Virus record (IMG/VR): IMGVR_UViG_3300045988_085140
Strand: one strand, 5' to 3'
DNA from: a virus
Length of the DNA: 64,000 nucleotides
Positions within the stretch are counted from its first letter, which is position 1; each line of letters begins with the position of its first letter. Position numbers and translations under genes: made by a program. Positions 27,801 to 32,271 of the stretch are shown piece after piece. Under the pieces are notes generated by a model, which was not told the origin of the DNA, made no database searches, and was given only the letters and a program-made list of their open reading frames with translations.

Positions 27801-27923
27801 AAGGATGCCTACAACGCTGAGGACATGAAGCAGATTCGTGACCTGAGAAAGAAGATTCTTTCCGTGCTGGAGAAGGCTAACAAGGTAGTTGTGGCTAACC
27901 AGAAGGCAAAGGCTAAGAAGTAA
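12837..27923 (+). CDS. Giant multidomain polyvalent protein (about 5,028 aa), probably packaged and ejected
   Basis: 15.1-kb uninterrupted ORF. Contains two HExxH modules, all C5-MTase motifs, a PARP-like H-Y-E pattern and C-terminal TM helices. ATG at 12837 preferred over TTG at 12816. Confidence 0.9.
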   Translation: MAERPLYTLYKNLKAQNYDVPDDYNKFESALTRDGKGGADNRHAIYENLKAQNFDVPSTYERFYSALFEPRSKTSSRAKGGSVPMSAADRARFSAGAAAISASAQQTMNNAGRYNRLKQRKQKQQKDFGRVNLGTHQTPYGGDANNVVKDDFAYNPETGKTGAYVTSDNENVYSLPEAEQKQAILDQQNNAYQEAVDTGEIPSAFDVRDKKGNYDLQDNIGKNGTYLTEEGAQKQFDKKLADAYARKKEIEALIAEDNRQHGNPLLSYGASIGASNGRTAEQSDYRNKLATSLSLVTEQIGALEAVKQYPTSSWGEDALKALDNTAFTAKTWDFGLTDFAIMGQMERIKTKMDNNIPLSGSDKMLLKSKLGADAATAIEDEKMGNVYRWTKIAGKSLPFMADFFLTGGYGGITKGISRGALKFAAKRGMGKVSAAILKNTGIVAGDVIGSYAMAGTEQALKTGADIMQRHLGNLYQDEKGDYKFGTFDENGNLLHEGGESIGTALYKGMTSAMVENYTEKLFGHNYGIKKGAVNFMEKHGMNASAEFFKNIGKSGWYTNSKKWMEKFGINGFAEEVMEEEIGIPLHALLDGEGKVSDLLDAKQQLDIIGGMAISVGSMYAMGAGSRPVKGIYNRAQYYRFRNKVNVADSDAENLMGDNWADIKDKIDNATNEQMGSVLADILRQRDTMTKEQINAAVNYGVNLMKMRGYNIAKTAEMNAKEITNEPTTPEEQHQADIDNAYSEGHDADDADKHDIQIQQEDQMKTLAAALGISEQQLSAMSDEELESLTGQDDKLDQAIYDYQLSSARYQGVVDDAQDKVDLAAHQAEQRVDMYTDQSRGSVRNATIKASGGLEDYGVYIISGNIATHDDGSIDVSNSDDMILYYDPTTNSVEHADALMVAELGEELPADDVKAQAVSDAKENAIKEVAGIIDGTVEVGSQFNVTDTDGTEHTYEVLADYGDGTAAISIDGNVVENPYSLADLQQMKDLEDQKRLEAAKAEREQMEKERAAQQNQETEQTQPSFDFNQILNDNGNVVLVDVLDKDGNTKYPDSRLFLIRDAGAKAKVVELKSDGTLVPHAVNKEDVATISSMSLDEYKQAMPESSMIEDNSGENRGEIEVEAPTIEGEVAAPVNEVAAPESAETPATEQTPAAPAITLEDGTIVPMLEDGNPDFSKLTAAQTAELYDNQFGEDADSIVSGYVSDAKKALDKASNMTVKGKTFVEQKAAKDAKEKAIADAKAAYDSAIAIRDAYNERQLAKVEDTAEGRKELIEKARRKFARLKSAVKDDAEAVAQIYKETVGTLLHRLYDGTGIDVTDTIPLTAEEYVASNLGAHSLNYEGTETSKGVKQETGLSREDFAKTQLLAADGNGTTIDELVHSLWENRPSNLESLDTQDIRNALISVLNSGFKASEARNFVENIRIAQAENILEEQKRAQENAAYAEQHKAEQEAELKAKSDEKAELKAKSEAKSDNESDNKSDDLSNETDNDKINDNINDNINVPEDATDENPLGAERDESDLPFSTKENGKQQTTAERAADVEKNKVDDMKVVDNIVGEKTRKAFERLAKMMGANIQWQYSDKLGNGWIQETTDADGNVHRTIFITLDSSITEGAQFIFGHEMTHQIKNLNPAAYNELTQLVLDTYGSDAFDKAVDETMQRYSDAGFSGRARDYYAEEVVADAVGEMIRDLNLAHTLAMKMSHPLLAAIHEILQKIKLAFFGTEYSDVTKNIIRSIEQAYVKTANGQVTNSETGEDVSFSLRQKPEPKKKGIGYKVFVLKDGKLYPPMVANPDGAETPVGVWLDADAAPIAGESKTGRPQVKQGGKGTQGGSGKLAYRPGWHLGVVPYAIQFNRKDAEGNKTLFPKNFVFAEVEYAADVDYQEEARQEGINPSGKYQHSLAGLKHLPTDGYYMYRTNPNPETDPWVITGAMKVNRILTRAEQAELVKNAGREPQQIQEGDIVTDDVVNSINQEIADAPKFSLKDNQENPLNQDGTLKLDKIKSVDELTDEDFTSAFRNVELPAIPKNVDAAIGANGKPIVIKKNIFEKNWNAHKFTPAESKKVLNDALYNTDLVRHTQPTKKPNHWVAIKLDDKSPITVLEVNDNKNNVEVVGWYTLDERNLGRIKRQAERNGGELIMLTPKDDKVESLSTPPLSSAANIINSFETTKENGEKVDVEGTKFSLKDEEYLKAVEDGNMEKAQKMVNEAADAAGYSTDSSYQGTSAFNGAAPWGNGYFLTKDERKEAWDNGEFEGESTLGDYINDDIDGGNLEELTNAASYRAADPMRKEAIDNVRNAIQKKAKTITMYRSVPSDVKEGSFRNGDWVTPSRAYAVDNAKLHGWGDDYNIIEQKVPVDDVWFDGNDIAEWGYGREEDYINDTDFAYKNSKNNKKLLDAVTYDDNGNVIPLSQRFNEKNKDVRFSLKDEKTLAGVHNITEEKLRKALKLGGFANPSLAVIDTNKTGHDNFGEISFIAPSALLDKRTGNTGGTWITDAYTQRYPSVEREMSEKGYRKFEDWVDSLDYPSGAKAEIERQAKDALSDNNAPAWELMYLKEKGIDIKEYDSRIDYRWKEIISDHPTAEDILNSMKTDPELNEKVTSLAKHAIIHPTWEKVSLEVRRKMYKETGVKASPINPQVRKQTKEIFERDYAPTLLNKDGSPRKKDVKKVVEDIVKEHKDTKKYDFYLSKVKASNYVNKNGLYDDYIRWQENKLDEFGTKNRIFRGYTRDGSRKYVPETLENVSKAMREEADGQTNGSEYTSFGSFIAKLASRVDSTDEMRANKDKLSSNKDKEEFYEKWSDVYYDLAKFLYNDVFYGEQRLHDIVLQSDPKKYAKKEYGITLTPTFMKKLDALKNAVQTELKSAYFETKYNRPLRLNEFAAAVVPDNLGKDVRKGIENAGLPMYDYDPNKEGDRSRAFNEAINSSDNIRFSLAGVRGAAAADKAEERNARMDNLSVARKMEEEKKDAKAIKMATGWERGADGKWRYEMPDAKIKDTMDVGGGHIVKRYEDDMLWNGGKLFDVIDAPELFKAYPQLKGVRIDTDAIMNDMPSHGEYDSKTNTITIHADELKYMNDILNHEIQHAIQGIEGFATGGSPTTIRGEVKKRFNEVTKQIKQLRAEGKEDEAKALIEKNRGLYDAYMKNDDFNSYKSLAGEVEARNVQERMNMTPEERRKTLAESTEDVARKDQIFLGVGDVSFSLRDMADGKESGAADMAEDLKSLNTPDEVDDAIKTAIEDMPSGWKMANKKMIHIAQALGENRKAEIAGEEPKFSLKDGTLIKAGTYFSGGGLVEEGLKGIIDPVVAVEYDEKISGVYRNNFGQHIVTADVRDVDPKELVKQIDGEVEYFHASPVCKNYSQAKSNHAEVELDKETAASTAEFINAIKPKVVTIENVKGYKDSEAMKTITDALDANGYTWDADVYNAADYGGYTNRERLIVRAVRDGKLPAKPEKMARKSGWYEAVADIIPTLTEKKNGVAPWMDIRLKADGIDWRNIDKPLYVMGSAYADGKVPHAFADELLPTLRTKSGDVIVMPDGKVYRAMGRVLARVSGVSDDYKMPFSENLSHIIIGNGIPTQLTEHVIAPLLTGSDPKFSIRTYHGTGASFDKFDFSHMGEGEGSQAFGWGGYVTNSKDIAEDYTRRAKIRKDNDGFEFVTDMSANNKDMVRQYIYKYKDVNKGLDAMRKDLSSALEMFPDDDDLKELSNILAKKNEEIAVPDNIAYLYDVDIPDDNGDYLDWENKLKKSHLNKVNKELVRIGKEPIETIYPSRVDGKVRGQDLYDELSSMLGSKEAASKLLSDAGFVGIKYPAGTIYGGAEEGDYNYVIFDETNANIVGNTRFSLRYDQFEHDLNQWKKDNNLPKDAQRPTIPQRNAGESAVDFLRRVDEYRKQMALWKTAPTYEQHLLSDDTALGEFNRELQRGSVLKRIAFQDSMLAIRKAQEAIMKEVGVDRLNMAEDAYTAENRSHGKGKNEFEEYNNEFLQPLRKAYHQMKKILGDSYDNVRIYMMAKHGLERDSQMAFKKSLEADYEDVAQRSAAYKAYKGDMNRIINDSDLEFGRVDFTTWRQRDNALRAKYSPSYMNYRYDKNGIAYDYSGLSALFDGSDFEEAAYKLVKDIEDKYVTETHNLWDATNAATKKILRDGYKAGMMSKDTYQYVRDMYSHYIPLRGWYGTTADQVWDYIGGGKGAFNQTLKKAHGRTSIADDPIAYIENMAESGILLNNKNWVKQHLMLLAQNHPTSLLTLSKAWYVKSTDANGNEEWIPATPQITSQMDSNQVKAAIDAFEKKMEQMAQAGDATQKRDGLNIAYPQTHSEEREHEVRVMKDGEEYVIYVNGDPQLAQAMNNTRAHRVREIQSGKLDRAAAWLGRKMAAAYTSLSPLFIPSNYFRDLTMTLASTAIREDAKYNYLLRKNLATSWNLGFMLRDFQNGKLRDKVNNGNATPKEQMFYDFMMNGGETGFVSSLDVEDLKKKFKNDLKDLDRWKANPVKVGHTIMDSIEFLNRAIEDSNRFAVYMTSIQYGRSIDEAVNDAKNVTLNFNRKGTGEYGWQMIRNLYLFINPAVQSLQTLGALAKHHPFKFTAVTASWLASGVLVPIVNAALMSMLGGDDDKDKYWQFTKWDRRNNLIMWVPFTHEYVKIPLAQEFRAFYGIGDMIASKMMGGELAEESWSQYAEDLLGQVVDMLPLDPTGYDGNIAVSLMPNAIRPVFELAFNVDFTGKPLFKDTEYNKYDPNFTKAYVGTPDWLVRASRMVNSIGNDYPDVQQNSIDAFGDPRYNLNNPAVVDHVLSSYLGGAYTMGSQVLGLLTKSLNDPKEIKVADIPLFSKFVSNPDDRPVTKKQGDEFWNMKENHDRAANTLSKLKKQAKVDGDYSMLERFYGSEEYKKYKQDDVKVKKYEEDKKKERAEESGEEYRPHKLNAEDIYKAHATPKDDFEDLKLKQLYTKLNGFKTSYDLLVDTAPSQSDGYYNNNKAAIDAIDEISLDKQEISELKKGFLDDGKDAYNAEDMKQIRDLRKKILSVLEKANKVVVANQKAKAKK
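12861..13037 (+). repeat. Coding tandem repeat at the giant-protein N-terminus
   Basis: LYKNLKAQNYDVPDDYNKFESAL and IYENLKAQNFDVPSTYERFYSAL, 36 codons apart. Confidence 0.6.
17190..17340 (+). repeat. Coding low-complexity repeats (AELKAKS x2, SDN, NDNIN)
   Basis: GAGTTGAAGGCGAAGTC occurs twice; GATAATATAAATG-type repeats follow. Confidence 0.6.
17490..18035 (+). other. Giant-ORF module: zincin metallopeptidase 1
   Basis: FIFGHEMTHQIKN, with the HEMTH codons at 17694-17708. Downstream EEVVADAVGE could supply the third ligand. Confidence 0.55.
18108..18770 (+). other. Giant-ORF module A: conserved YKVF.LKDGKLYPPMV...AYRPGWH...YRTNPN domain, function unknown
   Basis: Bounded by FSLRQ (18108) and FSLKD (18771). 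Confidence 0.4.
18771..19373 (+). other. Giant-ORF module B: possible barnase/EndoU/RelE-like (PBECR-type) nuclease module
   Basis: KPIVIKKNIFEKNWNAHKFTPAESKKVL...HWVAIKL. Tentative resemblance only. Confidence 0.25.
19374..20090 (+). other. Giant-ORF module C: unknown (MYRSVPSD...GDWVTPSRAYA...IAEWGY)
   Basis: Bounded by FSLKD motifs. An R-S-E ART-like reading is possible but weak. Confidence 0.25.
20091..21611 (+). other. Giant-ORF module D: unknown conserved module (LAGVHNITEEKLRKALKLGGFANPSLAVID...)
   Basis: Bounded by FSLKD (20091) and FSLAG (21612). Confidence 0.3.
21612..22415 (+). other. Giant-ORF module E: zincin metallopeptidase 2
   Basis: ATGWERGADGKWRYEM...ILNHEIQHAIQGIEGFA...LAGEVEARNV, with the HEIQH codons at 22056-22070. 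Confidence 0.55.
22635..23597 (+). other. Giant-ORF module G: complete C5 DNA cytosine methyltransferase
   Basis: Motif I YFSGGG, II AVEYD, IV ASPVCKNYS (Cys codon at 22881), VI TIENVKGY, VIII TNRERL, IX YRAMGRVLARVSG, X IIGNGIP. Confidence 0.8.
23598..24332 (+). other. Giant-ORF module H: PARP-like (H-Y-E) ADP-ribosyltransferase-fold candidate
   Basis: TYHGTGASF, GWGGYVT and DYNYVIFDE parallel the PARP motifs HGS / G.G.Y.A / Y.E.IVY. Confidence 0.35.
24333..27920 (+). other. Giant-ORF C-terminal module of about 1,190 aa with predicted TM helices
   Basis: Hydrophobic stretches near 25900-26010 and 26470-26630 (NLYLFINPAVQSLQTLGALA...WLASGVLVPIVNAALMSMLGG). Lys/Glu-rich tail. Confidence 0.4.
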
Positions 27924-27935
27924 TACATATATGAC

Positions 27936-27968
27936 TATCCCCTGAAAGTGCTATGCTTTCGGGGGATA
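27936..27968 (+). terminator. Strong hairpin terminator after the giant ORF
   Basis: TATCCCCTGAAAG-TGCTATG-CTTTCGGGGGATA. Confidence 0.65.
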
Positions 27969-28088
27969 ATTGCTTTCAATCTGAAACTTTTTACCCCTTT
28001 TTCTTGTGTGAATCTATCAATCTGTAAGTATTTACAAGGTTTAACTTTTAAAGTTGTGTACAAATGTAGCTATTTCCTAATTTATTAT

Positions 28089-28096
28089 TATATTTG
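28089..28096 (+). promoter_or_regulatory. Possible -7 box TATATTTG
   Basis: Lies 71 nt upstream of the ATG at 28168. No clear -33 TTTG. Confidence 0.3.
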
Positions 28097-28167
28097 CCAC
28101 CTCTAAGATTTTTTATTAAATAAGTAAAAGAACCTCAATCATATAAACTTTTAGAAAACAATGGCTT

Positions 28168-28650
28168 ATGAGAAAAGAAGAAGACGAAGACCAACGGGTC
28201 AGGAATTTGTTTAGAGAGATAACTAAGTTACTCCCTGAACGCAGCAAGATTAAGACGGACTTGCTTTATTTCAAGTATGCGCCTATATTGGTCATGCTTT
28301 TCAGATGGTATAGTGTATCTCAGTTCTACGACAGCAAGATGGAGATAACGCTGTGGTATGAAGAGAACGAGGAACCTATCTGGTTCTTCTACTTCATCAC
28401 TTACATTCTTTACCCGATTTCTCTTTGGAAAGGTCAGGTACTGCACAGATTGTGCGTGGAGTGGAGAATACCGCTCTTATATGCAGCAGGAGTCAACGTA
28501 ATACACATCATGTTCGGCTCTATCGTTATCACAAACAATATGTACTATTGTGATATGTTCCTGATTACAATCATTTTAATTTTATATACTTATGTCGCAA
28601 TTAGTAAATTACAGCATCATCGAAGCTGGACTTCGTGCTCTCGCAGATAA
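28168..28650 (+). CDS. Multi-pass membrane protein, unknown function
   Basis: 160 aa with 3-4 hydrophobic segments (APILVMLFRWY, IWFFYFITYILYPISLW, MFLITIILILYTYVAI). Confidence 0.4.
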   Translation: MRKEEDEDQRVRNLFREITKLLPERSKIKTDLLYFKYAPILVMLFRWYSVSQFYDSKMEITLWYEENEEPIWFFYFITYILYPISLWKGQVLHRLCVEWRIPLLYAAGVNVIHIMFGSIVITNNMYYCDMFLITIILILYTYVAISKLQHHRSWTSCSRR

Positions 28651-28963
28651 GGCACATGAATCAGCAGTTGCCCAAGCAGAGGGCAAGCCTATCCCTTGCG
28701 GTCTGTCTGAAGGAGATATGGAACTTGTGGAACTTCTTACTGCCATGATGAATGATACACAAGCCAACAAGGGATGGTGCGCTCACGAAATGGGCAAGTC
28801 TATCTCATCCTTCGAGAAGTATGTTCACGATGGCAAGATACCCGAAGGCATCCATGACCAGTTCGGGCATGAAAAGAAGTGGAATAAGTCGCTCATCCGA
28901 TACTTTGCCAACAAGAAGGCTTTCTTCCGCAAGCTATCACGAAAGTATGGAATAAACCTCTAG
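28592..28963 (+). CDS. Hypothetical protein
   Basis: 123-aa ORF that overlaps the previous gene by 59 nt. Confidence 0.4.
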   Translation: MSQLVNYSIIEAGLRALADKAHESAVAQAEGKPIPCGLSEGDMELVELLTAMMNDTQANKGWCAHEMGKSISSFEKYVHDGKIPEGIHDQFGHEKKWNKSLIRYFANKKAFFRKLSRKYGINL

Positions 28964-29074
28964 AAGTAGCTACACATTTTATATATATAGGAGAGACCCA
29001 ATCGCCCCTCCTGTATATTTATGACCTTTTCCGTAACCATAAATCTTTGCTCATCAAACACTTATATAATCTTT

Positions 29075-29115
29075 TACGAGTTTATCTATCTCTATCCATA
29101 TTATTCGTATCTTTG
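29075..29115 (+). promoter_or_regulatory. Class-2 phage promoter: TACGAGTTTAT-N22-TATCTTTG
   Basis: The element, the spacing and the extended ATTCGTATCTTTG box are identical at 45680-45720. Confidence 0.55.
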
Positions 29116-29173
29116 TGCTCGTAACGTTACGTAGTATTAATAAATTAATGTTTAACAAAAGATTCAGGATAAT

Positions 29174-30118
29174 ATGGAAAGTAAAACGTATGTATTCGGA
29201 AATGAAGGCTCCACATCTAACAATGGGATGCTCGGTCTTCTTGCGCCTCTGCTCCAGAAGCAGGGTGTTGACCCAAATGTCCTTCTTGCCATGAAGGGAA
29301 ACAATGGTTTCGGTGGCGAAGGTGGATGGTTCATGTGGGTAATCTTCCTTTTCTTCCTCATGGGCTGGGGAGGTAACGGCTGGGGAGGTTTCGGCAATAA
29401 TGGTCGTGGTGGTCTCGCTAACGAGATTAACAATGATTATGGTCGTGGTCTCCTGATGGATGCCATCGGTGGCAACCGCAATGCACTCAGCAATTTGGCT
29501 ACCCAGTTGAACTGCACCGAAGGTCAGATTCAGAGTGCCATTTCTGCCTTGATCTCTCAGGTTCAGAGTGTAGGTAATCAGGTGGGTATGAGCGGTATGC
29601 AGACTATCAATGCCTTGCAGCAGGGTAATATGCAGATTGCTCAACAGATTGCCAACTGCTGCTGCGAGAACCGCATGGCTATCTGCCAGCAGACTGGAAC
29701 CTTGCAGAATGCCATCAACAATGTAGCTAATGGTCAGGAGCGTGGCTTCGCCAATGTAGCTTACGAGACTCAGAGACAAACTTGTGACTTGCACAACGCT
29801 ATCAAGGATAGCACTCAGACCATCGTTGACGGACAAAAGCAAGCTGAAATGAGAGAGTTACAGAACAAGATTGATGCTCTTCGTGAAGAGAACAGCACCT
29901 TCAAGTCTTCTGCTATGACCTCTCAGATTGTGGGTCAGGCTGTGGCTCCTATCAATCAGGTATTGGCTGGCTTGCAGAACGAGGTGGCTGGTATCAAGTG
30001 TAAGTTGCCTGAGACCATTACTACTCCTTATAGCCCATTTACTGCGGTTCCTAACTGCGTGGCTTATCAGGCTGGCTTGTATGGTTTGAATGCTGCTAAC
30101 AACGGATTCTGGGGTTAA
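29174..30118 (+). CDS. Gly-rich TM / Gln-Asn-Cys-rich coiled-coil protein, putative virion component
   Basis: 314 aa. GGEGGWFMWVIFLFFLMGWGGNGWGGFGNNGRGG, then Q/N-rich heptads with a CCC cluster. Confidence 0.45.
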   Translation: MESKTYVFGNEGSTSNNGMLGLLAPLLQKQGVDPNVLLAMKGNNGFGGEGGWFMWVIFLFFLMGWGGNGWGGFGNNGRGGLANEINNDYGRGLLMDAIGGNRNALSNLATQLNCTEGQIQSAISALISQVQSVGNQVGMSGMQTINALQQGNMQIAQQIANCCCENRMAICQQTGTLQNAINNVANGQERGFANVAYETQRQTCDLHNAIKDSTQTIVDGQKQAEMRELQNKIDALREENSTFKSSAMTSQIVGQAVAPINQVLAGLQNEVAGIKCKLPETITTPYSPFTAVPNCVAYQAGLYGLNAANNGFWG

Positions 30119-30133
30119 AGAAAGGAGGCTGCT

Positions 30134-30478
30134 ATGTTTTGGTTAAGACCATATACAAGGGTGAATCGTAATGGTTCGGCAGCTATCGCTTCTACGGGCG
30201 TGGTTGTGAACACCAACAATGTTGTTTTCTCGTTCAAAAACCACGCCTTCCTGAATGCCAGCTACAGAGGAACGATTTTCGTAAACCTGATGCAGGCTAT
30301 TCCGACTGGAACGACTGGTACGCTGCCTATCCTTTTCGAGACCAACGGAAGTACTCAGGCTGTGACCAAGTATAATGGCGCACCATTGACGGTTGCAGAC
30401 GTGCAGGGAACTGGTGTTTATCAGTTCTGGTTTGAGAGAGATACTAACACCCTACAGATGATGTCGGGTATTGTTTAA
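30134..30478 (+). CDS. Hypothetical small beta-rich protein
   Basis: 114-aa ORF in an operon context. Confidence 0.45.
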   Translation: MFWLRPYTRVNRNGSAAIASTGVVVNTNNVVFSFKNHAFLNASYRGTIFVNLMQAIPTGTTGTLPILFETNGSTQAVTKYNGAPLTVADVQGTGVYQFWFERDTNTLQMMSGIV

Positions 30479-30505
30479 CAAGAATAGATAATAGGAGATT
30501 ACATT

Positions 30506-31006
30506 ATGTTTCAAGGTTTAAGAACTAACTCTTTGTTCTATGTCCTAGACAAGGGCGAGAACCCGAACTTGCGAATCGGTCAGGTGGTTTCAGTAAGCAA
30601 TCCTCAGACGAAATATCCTACCTTTAACAACGGCTTTACTCCTCAGCCTATGGAGACCGTAGTGGACGTGAAGGTGAAGCTGGGTGACGAGGAAGTGGAT
30701 TTCAAGCAACTGCCAGCAAACGGACAGATAGCGAACGACAAGAACCTTGTGGTTAGCGACAATAAGGATGCCATGAGTACTGAGGTGGATGCCATGCTGA
30801 GGCAATCCAAGGCGATACTGGAGAGCGTAGATTACAACAAGAGGGTAGTAGAATCTTGTGAGGGAATGCTACAGAAACTCAACCCACAGATAGCCAAGGA
30901 GAAGGAACAGACCGAGAAAATCAATAAACTGGAAGGTAAAGTTTCAGGAATTGAGGGCAAGATTGACAAGATGATGGGATGGCTTCAACAGACCATGAGC
31001 AAGTAA
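30506..31006 (+). CDS. Hypothetical coiled-coil protein
   Basis: 166 aa. C-terminal heptad-like KLEGKVSGIEGKIDKMMGWL. Confidence 0.45.
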   Translation: MFQGLRTNSLFYVLDKGENPNLRIGQVVSVSNPQTKYPTFNNGFTPQPMETVVDVKVKLGDEEVDFKQLPANGQIANDKNLVVSDNKDAMSTEVDAMLRQSKAILESVDYNKRVVESCEGMLQKLNPQIAKEKEQTEKINKLEGKVSGIEGKIDKMMGWLQQTMSK

Positions 31007-31038
31007 TCTCCTATCTATTCACTTAAAATCATAAGATT

Positions 31039-31320
31039 ATGGTAATGATTGAGATTACAGAAGATAAGTTCGATGATTTGTATGACAACATCGAGTCTAT
31101 GCTTGGTTTTGGCAGCAAGGCTATGTCTTGTCTGAAAAAGATGAAGCAGGAGCGTATGGGTGAGCGTATGCCTGATTATCGTGACGATTGGAGAAGAGAA
31201 CGTGAGGAACGTGAAGAGCGTGAGAACAGACGTAGATTCAACAACGTGAACGATGATTGGAACTACCCGAACCGCTATGGTGAAAGAGGTGGTGGCGGCT
31301 ACAATGGTGGCGGTCGCTAG
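31039..31320 (+). CDS. Small charged protein with an RE-rich and GGG tail
   Basis: 93 aa. RREREEREERENRRR...GGGGYNGGGR. Confidence 0.4.
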   Translation: MVMIEITEDKFDDLYDNIESMLGFGSKAMSCLKKMKQERMGERMPDYRDDWRREREEREERENRRRFNNVNDDWNYPNRYGERGGGGYNGGGR

Positions 31321-31387
31321 TGTTTAACTTGGGAGTTTTGGTAGCGACATTTATGTCGTGACCAGACTCCCTTTAATATTCAGTAAT

Positions 31388-31816
31388 ATGGGAAAATGCA
31401 GAATGCCATTGGATATGTATGACCTCAAACCTGAGGGAATGGTTTCTTATCTCAGATACAATGGCTATCATTTCAGCAAGAAGATGTGCGAGTGGGCGGT
31501 GAGCCTGATGTATAAGTATGACCCTTCCTCCAAGCGTGATGTAAGTGTCTCGTTTTGGGATAAGGAGAAGGTGGATGCCTTGCTGCTTGGTCAGGGTGTA
31601 GAGGTGAAGAATAAGATAGGCTACGACCATGTATATGTGGCGAATATGGCGAGGGCTGACTTCTACAAGTCTTCCATCAAGGATGAGGAGCAACTAGCCC
31701 AGTTTATCAAGGATATGGTGGATGATGCCGACCAGAAGGATGGTTTTATCTTTAACAGATTTTATGCCGACTGCTGCCATAATGGTGTACCTATTCCTTG
31801 GGAAGATGTGTTATGA
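31388..31816 (+). CDS. Hypothetical protein
   Basis: ATG at 31388 preferred over GTG at 31358. YLRYNGYHFSKKMCEWAVSLM motif is seen in phage proteins. Confidence 0.45.
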   Translation: MGKCRMPLDMYDLKPEGMVSYLRYNGYHFSKKMCEWAVSLMYKYDPSSKRDVSVSFWDKEKVDALLLGQGVEVKNKIGYDHVYVANMARADFYKSSIKDEEQLAQFIKDMVDDADQKDGFIFNRFYADCCHNGVPIPWEDVL

Positions 31817-32193
31817 TGAGAAGAGTGATACAGCTTCCGAAGTACGATTGGAGCATAGTATGTTTCATAGGTTATCAGCCGCCTGATGCCAATGAGATAT
31901 GCCATGCTCTTTCGGATATTGGCTGCAACGGAAATCCGTTATCGGAAGCTTACGAACATCTAACCAAGGAGAGTGTGGATAGGGGGCTTACCTATTCCAA
32001 CCTATCAGAAAGAAGGAGTGTTCTTGCCATTGGGGAGTGTGAATCTGATGGCAGCATCATCAACACCATCGGTCATGAGCTTCTTCATGTGGTAGCGCAT
32101 ATCTGTGAGCAGGATGGAATAGATATGCTTAGCGAGGAACCATGCTATATGATGGGGAGTTTATGTGAGAAGTTCTTCAAGGTGTATGATTAA
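31813..32193 (+). CDS. Small HExxH metallopeptidase-like protein
   Basis: IINTIGHELLHVVAHICEQDG. Start is an ATGA overlap with the previous stop. Confidence 0.45.
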   Translation: MMRRVIQLPKYDWSIVCFIGYQPPDANEICHALSDIGCNGNPLSEAYEHLTKESVDRGLTYSNLSERRSVLAIGECESDGSIINTIGHELLHVVAHICEQDGIDMLSEEPCYMMGSLCEKFFKVYD

Positions 32194-32217
32194 TGTTGTT
32201 TTTACTTGGTGCATAAG

Positions 32218-32250
32218 AAAAGGGTGAATCTTTCGACTCACCCTTTATTT
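32218..32250. terminator. Bidirectional terminator between convergent operons
   Basis: AAAGGGTGA-ATCTTTCGAC-TCACCCTTT followed by a T-run. Confidence 0.65.
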
Positions 32251-32271
32251 TTAATATTTCATTTATAACCT

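Noticed and set aside
29054-29842. 262-aa minus-strand ORF overlapping gene 29174..30118.
   Set aside because: It is antisense to an ORF that has its own promoter (29075-29115) and operon context. The product is Leu/Thr/Ile-rich with no features.
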